From assembly GCA_977017645.1 (NCBI GenBank), contig OZ360243.1, positions 6,634,001-6,698,000 on the forward strand: a stretch of DNA of 64,000 nucleotides. Direction: 5' to 3'. Position 1 is the first letter of the stretch; the number at the start of each line of letters is the position of its first letter. Positions 62,190 through 64,000 of this stretch are shown here, in pieces. The stretch is from Torpedo marmorata. Taxonomy: Eukaryota. The notes beneath the pieces were generated by a model. The model was not told where the DNA came from and did not search any database. It saw only the letters and a list, made by a program, of their open reading frames with translations. The position numbers were made by a program, and so were the translations under genes.

Positions 62190-63350
62190 TGGAGTCATCC
62201 AGCACAGCCCAACTTGTCCATGCTGCCCAAGTTTTCTAACTGAGGTTGTCCCATTTGCCTGCATTTGGCCCATATCCTGCTAAACGTTTCCAAGTTCCCT
62301 TCTAAATGTTTTTTTAAATGTTATAATAGTATCCGGCACTACCACTTCCTACAGCTTGCTCCATGTAAGCACCACCCTCTGTTCCTCGGGTCCTTGTTAA
62401 TTATTTTCCCCACTCACCTATGTTCTCTAGCTCTTCTACCCTGGCGAAAATGACTATAACCATTCAGCCTATCCATGCCCCTCCAGTTTTATAAATCTAT
62501 ACAAGGTCAACCCTTGGCCTCCTATGCTCCAGGGAACAATAGTCCCAATCTATCCTGCTTCTCCTTAAGACTCAAGCCCTTTAGCCCCAATAATGTCCTG
62601 GTGAATCTTTACTGCACCCTTTCCAGCTAAGTGACATGCTTCATATAATTGGGCGACCAGAACTGCACACAGTACTCTATGGTTTCATCAACATCTTGTG
62701 CATAATGTCCCTGTTCTCCGTGCCCTTACCAATGAAGGCAAGTGTACTAAATGACATGCTTCATATAATTGGGCGACCAGAACTGCACACAGTACTCTAT
62801 GGTTTCATCAACATCTTGTGCAGAATGTCCCTGTTCTCCGTGCCCTTACCAATGAAGGCAAGTGTACTAAATGACATGCTTCATATAATTGGGCGACCAG
62901 AACTGCACACAGTACTCTATGGTTTCATCAACATCTTGTGCAGAATGTCCCTGTTCTCCGTGCCCTTACCAATGAAGGCAAGTGTACTAAATGACATGCT
63001 TCATATAATTGGGCGACCAGAACTGCACACAGTACTCTATGGTTTCATCAACATCTTGTGCAGAATGTCCCTGTTCTCCGTGCCCTTACCAATGAAGGCA
63101 AGTGTACTAAATGACATGCTTCATATAATTGGGCGACCAGAACTGCACACAGTACTCTATGGTTTCATCAACATCTTGTGCAGAATGTCCCTGTTCTCCG
63201 TGCCCTTACCAATGAAGGCAAGTGTACTAAATGCCTTTTCACCACCCTGTCCACCCGTGTCACCACTTTCAGGGTGTGTGTACTTGTATTCTTGGGTCTT
63301 TCAGTTCTACAACACAGGAGGGCCCTGCCATTTACTGTTCAAGTCTTCAT
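62190..63350 (-). mobile_element. Degraded CR1 LINE 3' fragment
   Basis: Reverse complement resembles CR1 10900-11385 (EYCVQFWSP motif). Confidence 0.75.
62633..63232. repeat. Tandem repeat, 5 x 120 bp, CR1-derived
   Basis: Units start at 62633, 62753, 62873, 62993, 63113; one substitution seen, in the first unit. Confidence 0.97.
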
Positions 63351-63803
63351 TTAATTAGGATGTAAGTAAATCATTCTTTACACTTCGGACTTTTATTAGA
63401 AGAGGGAATCCAGCAGTTTGATTTTGGAGGGATGCACAGAAGTAGTACTGCAGCTTCATTTGGAAAGTACTGTATTTGTGCATGGAAGCTGGAGGAGCAA
63501 AGTATTTGTTTCAATGTCCTTCAATTCAGAAGCCATGAACGAGCCAAGAGATCCATAAACTGTTGAAGACCAGAACTGTGGCATTCAGATCAGGAGATTC
63601 AGAAATATACCGAAAGACCAGGTACAAACTCCGGAATCAACACAAAAATGCACATTCAGACCAAGCTGGGTCTCAGGCGGACAGATTTCATGTAATATTA
63701 CTCCTGTTTTATTACATGACAATAAAGGAATCTTGAATCTTAATTAGATGTAATAAATGTTCCCTTTCCTCATTTTTAAAGATGATATTTTTCCCCATTC
63801 TAG

Positions 63804-63886
63804 GCATGCTGAAAACAAGTAATTGAGAAGAAAAGTGGCATTTATACTTCTATAAAAAGCTTGAGAACATTGAGGACAAGTAGGAG
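63804..63886 (+). other. Candidate non-coding host exon (83 nt)
   Basis: tttttccccattctag acceptor and GAG|gtaagc donor; stops in all three frames. Confidence 0.35.
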
Positions 63887-64000
63887 GTAAGCTTTTATTG
63901 TGACTATTTTGGAAGTGATAGTTTTTTTGTTATTATTCTCACGTGGGCCTTGACATAATGGCATGTTGCATGTATATTAGAATTTTGAGACTAATTATGT

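Noticed and set aside
62636-63358. 240-aa repeat protein
   Set aside because: Artefact of the 120-bp tandem repeat, antisense to CR1

Overview
Eukaryotic (vertebrate) non-coding DNA, very probably from an elasmobranch (shark or ray), judging by HE1-like V-SINEs and CR1, Rex1, Penelope and L1 families. No recognisable host protein-coding gene; only two weak candidate exons. The window is a dense, nested stack of transposable elements. There are four two-LTR elements, all missing part of pol: a Gypsy at 293-3019, a BEL/Pao at 13716-21179, a Gmr1-type Gypsy at 43974-49902 and an ERV-L-like provirus at 52274-58634. Also present: a solo LTR, one full-length and two truncated L1s, Rex1, CR1 and Penelope copies (with minimal hammerhead motifs), Tc2-like, Tigger-like and hAT MITEs, and a 5x120-bp tandem repeat. 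The most unusual items are the class III ERV-L-like provirus with an unexplained pre-3'LTR region, the very young RT-less Gmr1 element with an open 1304-aa ORF, the BEL element whose RT/RH/IN core is replaced by coiled-coil-like sequence, and an internal module shared by MITEs of two different superfamilies. All family assignments come from motif recognition by eye, not database searches.
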